A stretch of 64,000 nucleotides of DNA from positions 2,849,319-2,913,318 of the forward strand of contig MU061579.1 of NCBI GenBank assembly GCA_013265495.1, in the 5' to 3' direction. A program made the position numbers and the translations under genes. Numbering within the stretch: the first letter of the stretch is position 1; the number at the start of each line of letters is the position of its first letter. The notes beneath the pieces were generated by a model. That model did not search any database and had not been told where the DNA came from. It worked only from the letters and a program-made list of their open reading frames with translations. Positions 25,245 to 37,040 of this stretch are shown piece after piece. The stretch is from Vicugna vicugna (taxonomy: Eukaryota).

Positions 25245-26460
25245 ATGAGGCTCTAGGACTTGGCGGGCTCCTTGGAGGGCACCGACTTGGACACTGAAGC
25301 TTGATCGTTTTATCATTTAGTGCTAAAAGATGCGTTCACGTTTTGAACCATATTCACTTTATTGACATGTAGTATCAACAAGAGGGAAACTAGACTGGAA
25401 AATGATAAACGAATATTTTTACAGGCAATAAAAAATGATAGTGGTCTTTAGACTCACATTTGTTTTAATATGTAAAAAACCCCAAAGTCTAAGAAAATTA
25501 AAAAGCTATTAGAACTCTACCTACAAATTGACTGCAAACATCTAAAAACAATGTAGTGTCTGTAATTAACAGACAACAGCCCCTTGCCAACCGCTCCACA
25601 GCAAGAGTTTCCCGGTCATAACTGAGTATATTGTGGAATTAGCAGACCTGGTCTAAGCAGGGGGTCACCCAAAGCCGGACAGAGCAAGTTACACAGTCAA
25701 GGCCCCTGAACCATGAGACAGAGCTACGCTTATAAAAAAATGGAACGGTAGATACATTCTTGAAATACCCGAAGGCTTTTCTCATGCCAAGTGGCTAATT
25801 AGTGTCCTTATTATTCTCCAGATCAAAACAGAAAACAAAACAAATTCCAAAATGTAGTATGAGGAGGTGAGAGTAAGAAGGACAGGGGGCATTGGAATAA
25901 ATCATGAAATCTGTGATAAAAATGTTTTACACTTTAAGCTTTTGTTTTCTTTCTCTATATCCCCCTATATTTCTTTCTTTCTCATTTTTTCACTAATTTG
26001 ACTTGAAGGTTTATGTCTGTAAAAAGAGAGAAATTTTTAGCTCTTGAATACTCCAAAGCCTGAAGAAAGTTATCAATTCACACTGTCTGTGACCTTCATG
26101 AATTCAGTGTCTCCCTTCAGCAGGTTTCTGCCAATCTCATGTATACTTTATTAAGTGGTGATTTATTAAGTGGAAATATGTGATGTAACACCTCTTATCC
26201 ATAATATCTGTTTTCTAGATATTTTTCAAAATCTTAGATTTCTTAGTGCAGGAAGTGGAAATAGATCTCTTCTTCATTGAACACATTTTTTTCTCATTCA
26301 TTTACCAGTGCCAATGCGTTTGTCCTACAGCTTTTCAACCTCCTCACCTCACTCTACAAAACCCACATTTTCCATCAAACTGTTGCCGTCTGGAACTACT
26401 TTTCTGTTTCTCTTCCTTCTTTCACTGTCAATGTTTCTAATAAAAATGTGCTTCAATAAA

Positions 26461-26705
26461 CTAATAGCTAATATTTACTGAGTACTTATGAACCTGGGTG
26501 TGTCCTAACAACTTATACATGTGTCATTCAATTTAATCCTCATTACAAGCCTATAAGACAAATGTTACAGCTAATCTACCTGTTGAAAACTGAGGCACAG
26601 AGAAGGTAAGCACTTATTCTAAAGTTTCACCCTCAGTTGGCGCTGGTACTTGGATTCTAACCAGAGTCTGAGTCTGGAGGCTGACCTAAAACCAATGTCA
26701 GTTTT
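26461..26705 (-). mobile_element. MIR SINE, near full length
   Basis: TAATAGCTAATATTTACTGAGTACTTA...TTTAATCCTCA...AAAACTGAGGCACAGAGAAGGTAAG...GTCTGAGTCTGGAG. Confidence 0.85.
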
Positions 26706-26785
26706 ACCACACATCCTCTAGTTAATGGCTTTTAATTTTTTCTTTAGTAAACACCTTATATAAAGCAAAACTTCAAAAACTCTGG

Positions 26786-27384
26786 GGTAGAAAAGGAAAA
26801 ATAATTTTCCTTCTAGCTTTTGGAATTATTATCTGAGACCTCTGTAATAAAAGTCAGATTAACAGGAGAAAAAACAACAAGTTTAGTAACCTGTATTTCA
26901 GGTACGTGTGCAAGTTACCTAGGGGAAAATGATTAACTCCTCGAGATAGCTCAGAGTTCAGAATAATATGCCATCATAAGAGGGAAGAGGGTAAGGAAAT
27001 GTAGACCTCGTAAGCAAGAGTAAATAACTTTTAGGAAAGATGAAAGGGCCCTTAGCAAAACAGACTGGAGGTGTGATAGCTTGTGACCAGATTTGGCCAG
27101 GTGTGGTGTCGACTTCGAATCTCCTCTCTTATGAAAAATAGCTGATCTTGCCTGGTTGATAAAACTTTCAAAGAGGGGGTTATGACAACTGAATTGCCTT
27201 TTTGGACTGATTTTTAGGCAGATCGGATGTTCCAAGAAAGCCTTTTTCTGCATTTGTTGCTTCTTAAGTGTGTACAGCACAAAAATAGTAATAATTAATC
27301 AATATACAAAGCAGCATGTTCTAGGGTGGCATGTCCTGAACCCTGGCAGCCATATTTCGGGGTGACACAATCTGTTACTCTTCA
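26786..27384 (-). mobile_element. ERV1-type solo LTR (~600 bp, MER34-like; subfamily uncertain)
   Basis: The + strand reads GTAGAAAAGGAAAAATAATTTTCC...CAGATTAACAGGAGAAAAA...AAGCAGCATGTTCTAGGGTGGCATGTCCTGAACCC...CATATTTCGGGGTG...CTCTTCA, resembling laurasiatherian ERV1 LTRs as recalled. No TSD is recognisable. Confidence 0.7.
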
Positions 27385-27749
27385 CCAGTAAATACCTCTG
27401 ACACCAATTCAGTGTCACAAATTCACCTATTTACCCATAATGCACCTTAGCTCAGTTTTCTGTATCCTTAATCCAGATTTTCCTTCTTGGTATTTTGTGT
27501 TTTGGATGATTCTTTTAACATTAAGTATGCTGATACTAAGTATCTTTACAATAAGTATTCTTTTTTCCTCTCGGTTTCCTCTTTCTCTTTGTATTCACTT
27601 CTTCAGGCCAAACTTACATATACCCTCATCTTTCTCTGTACATTCTAGCTTGCAATTTCATTGCCATTTCCAATTTCAAAATTACTTGTATTACGATAAC
27701 TCTCAAATTTATTTCTCAAGTTCTGAATTTTCTGAACTGGATATTATTA

Positions 27750-27754
<5 letters not shown>

Positions 27755-27799
<45 letters not shown>

Positions 27800-27819
27800 T
27801 ACTACTATTATTATTATTA
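27755..27819. repeat. (TAT)n microsatellite interrupted by (TAC)3
   Basis: Seen directly; it explains the poly-Tyr tail of ORF 27440..27820. Confidence 0.95.
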
Positions 27820-28089
27820 ATCCTTGCTGAGCATTTGTAACATAGAGTAGGTCTGAGAGTTTCCTAAATGCACCAAGCTCACTCTTGTCTCCTTGCCTTT
27901 TTCTTTACCTCAAACAGCCTTGCCTTCAGCTCTCGTTTACCTGGCTAACTTCCAATTATTTTCAAGATTTAACTGTAAATGTATGTCTACCACTAGGAAC
28001 CCTCTCTCACCTAACTCTCTGTGTCAAGACCTCTAATGATCCCACAGTATTTCCCTTCGATCCTCACTAAAAAATGTCCTGATTTTTCT

Positions 28090-28850
28090 GTGTGCAAACA
28101 CCTTCTAGAATAAAGAGTAGATTTCCCAAACTCCTTTCAAGGCAAGAGAGGTCATGTTATGATATTTGAATGAAAAATATGCAAGCAGACAAGTCTCTTG
28201 TGAGTTCTTCAAAGTTTCTTTCAGTTTAACACTCACTACAAACCTTTGAATTTGAACTGGCCCCTCTCAATACATTTATCCTTCTTGTTGGCTAGAATGC
28301 AGACATGAAGGCTAGAAACTGAGCAGCCATATTGGGTCACGAGGCAGCAGCCAAACATGGAAGAGAAGTGAATACTCCACTGTATTCTTTCCCTTGTCTT
28401 CCGTGCTTCCGTGCTCCTTAATTTCTAACACTGTCAAACATACTGAATCAATCCAGGTAAGCCTATGATGGTGACACAAAGTGACCCAACAGTAATTCAG
28501 TTTCCTAAACATGATAGAAATTTACTTCTCATTCTTCCAAATAATTTATGATGGAAGCCCAGATCCAGGGCATACCCTGCAGTCATTGGGTGACCCTGGG
28601 GTGCACTTTTGGGTCAAATCCTAGAGCACATGAATCTGTGACAGTTTGACCAACTCAGTCACAACACACCCATTTCAAGATTTTCCTGGCCAAGACTGAA
28701 AGACAGACAAATCCCTTTTGCTTACCATGGTACTTGGCAAATGTGTCACACAGCTACACCCAACTGCAAGGGAAGGTTGCAAATGCAGGATCCACATATA
28801 CTCAGGAAGAAACAGGGAGGATTTAGGAACCCAGCTAGCAGCCTGCAGAC
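28090..28850. mobile_element. Old MaLR (MLT1J/K-like) LTR fragments
   Basis: GGCTAGAATGCAGACATGAAGGCTAGAAACTGAGCAGCCAT and GTCACACAGCTACACCCAACTGCAAGGGAAGGTTGCAAATG resemble old MLT1 LTRs. Probably two pieces in opposite orientations. Confidence 0.55.
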
Positions 28851-28904
28851 TGTGTGCTATAGCCTTTTACTTATTTATTTGATTTTAATTTTCTCACTCA
28901 GCAT

Positions 28905-29035
28905 TTAACTGAGATCTCCACTAAGGCAGAGAATTTGTTCTTTTTGGTAGTGTTCCTCCAGTGTCTAGAAAAGCACTAGATACATAGTAGTTACTCAATG
29001 GATATTTGTTACATAAATGAATCAATCAATGAATT
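28905..29035 (+). mobile_element. L2 3' end
   Basis: CCAGTGTCTAGAAAAGCACTAGATACATAGTAGTTACTCAATGGATATTTGTT...TGAATCAATCAATGAAT. Confidence 0.75.
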
Positions 29036-30370
29036 CGTACGTTGCCTAGATTTTGTCAATGTTTCTGGCACCTACATACTGGAATTTAGGCATTGTAGGT
29101 TTCAGTTTCAGAGTCTAAGAAAATGGATGAACTAATCAAAGGCATTTTAGACACCTTAGATTTAGAGATGTTTTAATGTTATGGGCTTCTGGGTTGATGT
29201 ATTATGAAACTAATCCTCTGCTTTAGAACATTCTGAACACTTTTTGATGGGATTTAAACTCAGGTGCTTTGATATATCCATTATAAGCAGCCTTTTAAAT
29301 TGCATTATAACCCTCTGGAAATATATTCTAATTGAATGAAAAATGTTTCATTGTGTTCTTAATTTATGCTCTCCAGAAAAAAAAAATGTTTAGACATTAA
29401 ACTGCTAATGCTTTGTTTCCCAGAATTGCTATTATTATTTATTATCAGAGTAGACCCTCAGTAATTTACACTAATAACTGAGAGACTCACTAGAGATTAC
29501 TGAATTTGGCAGATTAGTTAGTGAACAAATAAATATGAAAAACATCAACAGTGCTGTACCATAAAATGTGCTTTATTCATTATTTTGATAAGTGTAGTTT
29601 AATTATAATCATCTATGGTAGTGCTTCACAGTATGCTAATAAACACATTGCCATATCTTATGAAATTAATGAGATCTTAGAAGAAAAATTATTTGCTAAA
29701 TTTAATCCCAGTTTTTGGAGAAAAGTATAAGTCTGTGATTTAGCATGTTTTGTATTACTTTCAGTCCAGGAAACTATATATCATATTATGATATAATTTT
29801 AGTCATTCTCGTTGCTTATGGCCTATATCCCCTAATAGAAAATAAGGTTCACAAGAGTAGATTTGCCTTATTTCACACACATTGTATGTATTATGCACAG
29901 ATATGTATTTAAGTATATGTTGTGTATGTATATAACACTTTGGAAATATTTCAAACATAAATTTCAAAGTCCCATTCAGTTTGAATAAACATTTTGATCT
30001 CTGTCTCTGATCACCTGTGCTTTTAGAGGCCATAGGGGGAAAATTAGGTATTTATTTCCATTGTTAGTAATCTCTGATCACTTCTCTTTTGATGTTGAGA
30101 TACCATGATTGGAAATACTTAAAATAATTGCTAAATTGTAAAAGGGCTGGTCAAAAGGACCAAAAAAAGTTTTGATGTTTTTGTTTTGTTTTGTTTTCCC
30201 TGCGGAGTACTCCAAGCACACCAGTAGCTTTCTATCACACTTGATAATTCCTAGTTTAAAAAGGAGTAATTGATTTCTGTACTAACCCAGATTTACTGAT
30301 TGGTTGATTCAGTCAATTGATATTTAAGAGATCACCTGTTCAGCTCTTGTTTAATATAAATAAACAGAGA

Positions 30371-30750
30371 AAAGAAATATACCACATGATATCACTTATA
30401 TATGGAATAAAAAAACACAAATAAATTTATTTATAAAACAGAAACAGACTCACAGACATAGAAAAAAACTTATGCTTACTAGGGTAGGAAGAGGGTGGGA
30501 TGGGAAAAATTGGGAGCCTAAGATTTGCAGATACTAACACTACTATGTTATAAAATAGATAAATAACAAGTTTATACTGTATAGCACAGGGAACTATATT
30601 CAATATCTCACAGTAACCTGTAATGAAAAAGAATATGAAAATGAATATATGGATGTATGTACATGACTGAAACACCATGCTCAACATCAGAAATTAGCAC
30701 AACACTGTAAACCGACTATACTTCAATTTTTAAAAAAATTAAAAAAAAAA
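30371..30750 (+). mobile_element. 5'-truncated cetartiodactyl-type L1 3' end with A-rich tail
   Basis: ATATCACTTATATATGGAAT...AAAACAGAAACAGACTCACAGACATAG...ACTGTATAGCACAGGGAACTATATTCAATATC...GACTATACTTCAAT plus A tail. Confidence 0.9.
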
Positions 30751-31125
30751 CAAAGACCTTTGGCTTCATAGAGTTTGTTTTCTGGTTGGGGGACAGACAA
30801 TAAATGATATATATAATTAAAATAATTACTGGCTATATAGTAATATGTGATGAGATGACAAATAAAGCAAGGAAGAAAAGAAGTTGTACTGGGGGCAATT
30901 GCAGGGAAGGAAGCCAGTGAGAAATGACCTGAAGGGAGTGAGGGAGTAAACTGTGCTTCAGTCTCAAAGAAGAGCCTTCCAGCCAGAGCCACGGCAGGGC
31001 ACAGGTCCCGAGGAAGGGTCTGTCATGCTGTGTTTGAGCAAACAGGAGTCCAGTGTTACTGGAAACTAGTGTGTAAGAAGGAAATGAGCAGGAGCTGAGT
31101 CAGTGAAATTACTGGAGTCAGAGAG
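30751..31125 (-). mobile_element. L2 fragment, split by the L1 (its 3' tip at ~30295-30360)
   Basis: GGGGACAGACAATAAA...GACCTGAAGGGAGTGAGGGAG...GTGTTTGAG...CCAGTGTTACTGGA are L2 antisense words. Confidence 0.65.
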
Positions 31126-31539
31126 ATGGGTGTAAAACCTTATTCATTCTTAGAATACCATCATAATTCATGGTTCTCAAATTTCTAAGAGCCCTTGATG
31201 TCATACTTGGGAGGTGGGCGGGTGTGTGTAGAATTCAGCTTTACACAGACTTGAGACACGCAAGGAATCTCACAAGGTAATAATAAGAAACAAAGGCTTC
31301 CTTTGGGTGACTTTCAAATCCTCAGCGCTACTTTGCTATAAATGTTATTAATTTTTTCAGTTGTTTCTAGAATTAGTAGTACATATTTTCTAAAGTCAGA
31401 CAGACTAGAAAGCCAGATTTACAAACTAAACTGGCATATTAAAGAGTAAGATTTGTTCAAAACAATTATCTTACCAAAGAATCAAGGTTTACAATCAACT
31501 TAGTTAAAATATATAACATTATTTTATGATTGTATTTTC

Positions 31540-32400
31540 ACACAAGGTAGGGAAAAACTTCTTAATTTCTAAAGTCAGATCATATGGCAGAGAATAATGA
31601 ATTAAATTATACCAAAGTTAAAGACTTCTGTCTTATAAACATTAAACATAAGAGAAGATGGCAAAATGAGAGAAGACATTTACAATTTTAAAAATCTTTA
31701 AGGTCTTGCTATCGTATGTATCAGCAACAAGAAGAAACATCAATCCTAATAGAAAAATGTGTGAAAAATAAGAACAATGTAATTTATGTAAGTATGGCAA
31801 TCTACGGGAAAAGAAACAAAATGTTAATACGATTTTGGAGAAATGCTTAGAATGCTTGGAAATCAGAGGTATGAAATTTATGTTATGATGGAGAAGACCT
31901 ATTAGGCTACTAGAGCAGCAAAAATTAGGAAACTAGATGGTACCATATATATTCATGTCCTACTGCTGAAGATGCAGGCTTGTGAAGAAATTTTGAATAA
32001 CCTAGTACATCTACTCATATCCATGTAAGTTTATTGTAGAAATTCCAATCATGAATTTATATCCTGAAGCAGTTTTTTCATATTTCACAGGAGGACGGAT
32101 AGGAAAACGTTTATGGCATTAATATCTGATAAGACACACGTCTTATATAGCCACCACTGGATGCATATCATGGAGTAACGTGTACAAATTTGAAGCAACT
32201 ATGTAGCAACTTGGATGTATATTTTTAAAAAATAATACTGAATGAATACAAAATGGAAAATTACAGTAACATTTATGGAATTATAAAGTTATTTCCATTG
32301 AAACCAATACTCATTTTTCAAGAACACATGTAAATAGGAGGAGTACATGGAAGTGAGATATGGTAGCTAGAAAATATTTTTTAATTACTATTTTATTAAG
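31540..32400 (+). mobile_element. Ancient L1 (L1ME-like) ORF2 end / 3' region
   Basis: A-rich + strand with AAAGTTAAAGACTTCTGTC, ATCCTAATAGAAAAATG and AAATCAGAGGTATGAAATTT. Confidence 0.55.
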
Positions 32401-33744
32401 TATGTATCATTAAATGCTACCTAAAAAGATAGCTAATGAACTGTCAGCCATAACAGATTTACAAATTTGTCTTATACATAGAACCCACCATGACATTTTT
32501 GCTTTTACAATATAATGTTTTGTGTACACACATAATTTATCTAAATATTTACAAAAATTTCAACATATTAAAGAAAATCATTACATTAACATAATAAAGG
32601 AGATAAATTGACTTTTGTTCATTGCAATATGATCATGTTTAAAAGCAAATTTAAAAATAAAATAGTCTAAAATTGATAAATACTATCTATTAGAAGCTTA
32701 TAGAAAATACATTTTTATGTTTTAACCTCAGAATTACCCCAGTAACAAGGTTTCTTCGTGTGACTATTCTTCACAATTTTACTAGTAATCATATTCATTG
32801 CAATAAGACAAGAATAAAATAAGAAAAAATAATCAATAATTATAGATTATCTCTATTTCAGTAGATTACTTGGGCATTCAATTAGTAACTCATCTTCCTC
32901 ACCTGACTGCTGAAGACGTTGAGAGAGAAACAGGAATGTAACAGATTGAGAGAGAAATATAGCACCTTTACTACCAAGAAAATTGATACTGGAGAATGGT
33001 GGATGGTGGTTCTAATTGCAGTATATACCATTGCTTTTGCAGAAACTCAGAAATAGATTTACACACCTTGTCAGAAGTCATGCTCTGCTCTGCTTGGGCA
33101 GAGCTTATACCTTGAGTTTACCAAGTGACTAAGTGCAATTAAGGGAAACACTGTGTATATGAATATGTATGTATATACTCTCTCTCAAGAGAAATCAACT
33201 AATATATGATACACATTTTCTTTTTCCAAACTTATCACACAGATTAAATTATTTTTCCCCTGCAAATGAAAGAATAAGAGGCCAAAGGAAGTCCAGGAGT
33301 GTTATTCTGGAAGAGCCACTTGTAAATGGAAGGACATATTTTCAGCGAAAAGAAGATATTCTCCCTAAAAATTGTCTCCTTATTTAAAAAAAAAATCAAC
33401 GTATTCAAATAAGACAGTAAAAAAAGTTATGAAAATATGGGCAGATACGAGTGGTAGATATAGAAAAACATCTTGATACTGGCTATAAATTTAAAAACAT
33501 AGTGAAAATAAAAGGGCCTATTCATAATAGCACAAAAGCTGTAAAATATCTAGTAATGGACTGATAAGTCTAGGCTAGAAATACATAAAATTTTATTAAA
33601 GAATATAAAGTGACCCAAATGATATTATACCGTTTCCTTGTATAAGAAAATTTAAAATTGTAAACATGTGAATTGTCTTCAAATTAATCTATACTTAAAT
33701 ATAATCCCCAAGCTATTTCCAATAGGTTCATTGTGTGACAACTG

Positions 33745-34043
33745 AAAGATTTGCCTGCCTATCTAGTGGACGGGTAAATGTTCACAGGCTGGAAACTCAG
33801 CAGGAGCTGATGCTGTAATCTGAAAGTATTCTCTGCAAAACCTTAGTTTGTACTCTTAAGTCCTTCAACACTTGCATGAAACCTGCCACACTTTAGAGGA
33901 TAATCTCCTCTACTTAAAGGCAATTAATTTATAGATGTTAGCCACATCTTCAAAAAAGTTTTAGAGAAACACCTAGATAAGTATTTGATTGAATAACTGG
34001 GGACTATAGCCTAGGCACTTGGTGTATGAAATTAACCATCACA
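33745..34043 (-). mobile_element. ERVL LTR, MLT2D-like (partial)
   Basis: CAGGCTGGAAACTCAGCAGGAGCTGATGCTG...AACACCTAGATAAGTATTTGATTGAATAACTGGGGACTATAGCCTAG...AAATTAACCATCACA (reverse complement of the MLT2 5' TGTGATGGTTAATTT). Confidence 0.85.
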
Positions 34044-34495
34044 TCTTATAAAGAGAAAGGGACTCAGAATAGCCATAAATATTTTGAGGAATGAATAAAG
34101 ACAAGGCATTTTTTTCATCTCATGTAAATTCTTATGGAATATAACACTATTGTGTTGGGTACAAATAGACAAGTAATTAGTGAGATAACAGAATTAATAA
34201 TATATGATGTTATAATACATGATTTCAAAACAATGGATAAGAGATGGACTATTCAATGAGTGTTATTGGAATAATAAAATATATTATATTGATATGTCAT
34301 AATAATATGATATATTTATGTTATATAATAGGAAATACATCAGTATATTATATTAATATAATACTTTATATATGGCATTTTAAATTGTATATATGAAGAA
34401 ATACTCCTGATTAAATACGGTCTCTATATAATATACAAAAATAAAGCTGTAAACTTCAAAATGAAAATGGACTTTAAATGAAAGTGTGAAGTAAT

Positions 34496-34922
34496 TGTAG
34501 TCACACTAGATTACATATTTTAAGTTCTTCCTTCTCTACCTGTCTTTGTCTTGATTTTGGTGTTGGCAGTATGTACTTACCTGATCCATTGTATCTGAAT
34601 AGATCATGTGACTTGATTTTGTCAATGGAAAATTAGCGGGAAAAATATGAGCAAGGGTTTTACACGTGATTGTTCAATTTCTTTCCTGCTTCTGCATCTA
34701 CCACGGGAAGAACATGTTCAGGGAAACTTTGACTCTAGAAGGAAGAAATACTTAGAGTAGGTTTGAACCTAATCTATAACTTAGAACAAAACAAATGAAT
34801 CACAGGTTAATTTAGCAGGATTCCTGCTGACTCACAGACCCATGTGCATGAAAAGTAAATGTGCCTGAGACTGTGAAGGTGTTTGTAGCATAGATTTATT
34901 ACTGTAGTAGTGAATTGATACA
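34496..34922 (+). mobile_element. MaLR solo LTR, MLT1H/I-like
   Basis: Starts TGTAGT, has internal CATGTGACTTGATTTTGTCAATGGAA and CCACGGGAAGAACATG, and ends GTAGTAGTGAATTGATACA. Confidence 0.7.
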
Positions 34923-35711
34923 TTATAGAAAATATTAAAGAATGTATGTGTGTTTGTGTTTGAGCTTTACTTACAGAATAAAGAATGCTTTTCTAAGCCA
35001 AAAAGTAAAAACAAAGCAAAGACAAAATAATATTTACCTTTTTACAGATATAAATATCAATGAAATAAAATAAAAATCAAGTCAAAATGATGAAATAGGC
35101 AATGAAGAACTATGTAACATACACAGAAATAAATTGATAGGAAACACAAAGAAATCCTGTTTTCAAAGAGAAAATGACAGAAAAGGAAAAATTGTCAAAA
35201 ACAGTAAGATAAATGCAGAATTATTAGCAGAGAAAATGTATTAAATATTCTCATTTTGTGATACTAAACATTTGTATTATAAAACAAAAATAAAATACTT
35301 CCATTTTTCCTTCAGAATGGCAAAAATAAAATAAAATGAAAATAAGTTTTAACAAAGTTAAAGAGAGATAGAAGCATTTATCTGTCTGGGAAATATTAAT
35401 TTTATAGTAATTTGGACTATCTATTTATATATTTAAATAATATACATCTGATCTAGCAATTTTATTTCTAAAAATGATCCTACCAAAGCCTTAGTATTTA
35501 TGCTTAGAAATTTTATACAAAGGGGTTTATATTGTGTATCAGAGTAAAGCAATGGAAACAATATAGATGTATATCAATTAATAAATGATTTTTTAAAGAC
35601 ACAATCCCCATTGATTTACTGTAAGCAAGTTATGTAAGTTGTTACTTCTTTGAATGAAAAGAAGAAAAAATTAATATGGTACTGACTGGTAAGAATTTCT
35701 TTTGCATTAAC

Positions 35712-36255
35712 ATTTTTTTAAAAAATATATTGAACTATAGCTGCTGTATAATACTGTATAAGCTACAGGTGTACTATATAGTGATTCACAATTTTTAAAG
35801 ATTCTACTCCATTTATAGTTATTATAAAATATTGGCTATATCCCCATGTCGTAAAATATATCCTTGTAGCTTATATTATACATAATGGTTTGTACCTTTC
35901 ACTTCCCTACCCCTATATAGTACCCCCTTCCCTCTCCCCACAGGCAACCACTAGTTTGTTCTCTATATCTGTGAGTCTGCTTTTTTTGTTAATTCACTGG
36001 TCTGTTGTAATTTTTAGGTTCCACATATAAGTGATATCATACAGTATTTGTCTTTCTCTGTCTGACTTACTCCACTTAGCATAATGCCCTCCAGATCCAT
36101 CCATGTTGCTGCAAATGGAAAAATTTCATTCCTTTTTTATAGCCGAGTGATATTCTATTGTGTGTGTGTATATATATATACACACACACCCCTCATCTTC
36201 TTTATCTACTCATCTGCTGACAGACATTTAGATTACTTCCATATCTTAGCATTTT
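35712..36255 (-). mobile_element. L1 3' end (younger, L1MA/cetartiodactyl-type), antisense
   Basis: TTTGTTCTCTATATCTGTGAGTCTG...TTCCACATATAAGTGATATCATACAGTATTTGTCTTTCTCTGTCTGACTTACTCCACTTAGCATAATGCCCTCCAGATCCATCCATGTTGCTGCAAATGG. Confidence 0.9.
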
Positions 36256-36455
36256 TAATTAATTATTTTTCCAGCCTTATTGAGATATAGTTCACTCAAC
36301 ACGGTGAGTTTAAGGTGTACAATATGCTGATTTGATACATTTATGAATTGCAAAATGATTACTACCATAGTCTTAGCCACCACCTCCATCCTGCACAGAG
36401 TTACCAGTTCTTTTTTTGTACTGGGACATTTAAGATCTACTCTCGTAGCAAGTAA
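36256..36455 (-). mobile_element. L1 3' UTR fragment (L1MA9/10-like), antisense
   Basis: CAGCCTTATTGAGATATAG...TTTAAGGTGTACAATATGCTGATTTGATACAT...AAATGATTACTACCATAG...ACATTTAAGATCTACTCTC. Confidence 0.8.
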
Positions 36456-36659
36456 ATGTTTAATTATGGCATATCTAACATTACAATGTCTGGTGCAGAG
36501 TGCACGTTCAATAAAAATCAGTGATTATTATAAATCAATAAAAATAAGCCAGTAAATTAGGCTTAATTGATTAATAAATATTTGGTTTACTATTTGTGAA
36601 CATGAGTTTAAGTTTAAAATCTTATTTTCTCTATTGAAACCCTTCCTGAATTGATTTGT

Positions 36660-37040
36660 ACATTAAATGTGATCACAAATAAAATCCTACAAGGCTTTTT
36701 TTGCAAACATTGACAAGCTGATTCTGAAATTTGTAGAGAAATGCAAAAGATCTGGAATAGCCCAATAACTTTGAAAGAAAGGGGTCGAAGTTGGAAAAAC
36801 TTATATTATCCAATTTTAGCACTTATTGCAAAACTAAAGTATTAAAGTGTAGTGACAGACAATAAATGAGACAGAAGAGTCCAAAACTAGACTTACATAT
36901 ATCTGATCAATTGATTTTCAACAAAGTGTGCACAATTGAATGGCTAAAGCATAGTCCTCAAAAAACGATATTAAAACAATTGGCTAGTCATATGCAAAAA
37001 AAATATTTTCAATCTATTCCTCGCATTATATAAAATTCAA
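36660..37040 (+). mobile_element. L1 ORF2 fragment (L1M-type)
   Basis: TTGACAAGCTGATTCTGAAATTT...GGAATAGCCCAATAACTTTGAAA...GATCAATTGATTTTCAACAAAG...AACAATTGGCTAGTCATATGCAAAAAAA. Confidence 0.85.

Larger units (their letters stand above)
33390..35690 (+). mobile_element. Ancient L1 ORF2/3' remnant interrupted by two LTRs
   Basis: A-rich, with TTCATAATAGCAC, AAATTAATCTATA, CAGAATAGCCA, GATGGACTATTCAATGA and ATCTAGCAATTTTATTTCT in L1 order. Confidence 0.6.

Noticed and set aside
27440..27820. Longest ORF (126 aa), hydrophobic with poly-Tyr tail
   Set aside because: It is the translation of T-rich L2-like sequence plus the (TAT)n microsatellite.
34573..34584. Perfect minus-strand splice donor CAG|GTAAGTA
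   Set aside because: It is inside an MLT1 LTR with no convincing partner acceptor; isolated donors are common.
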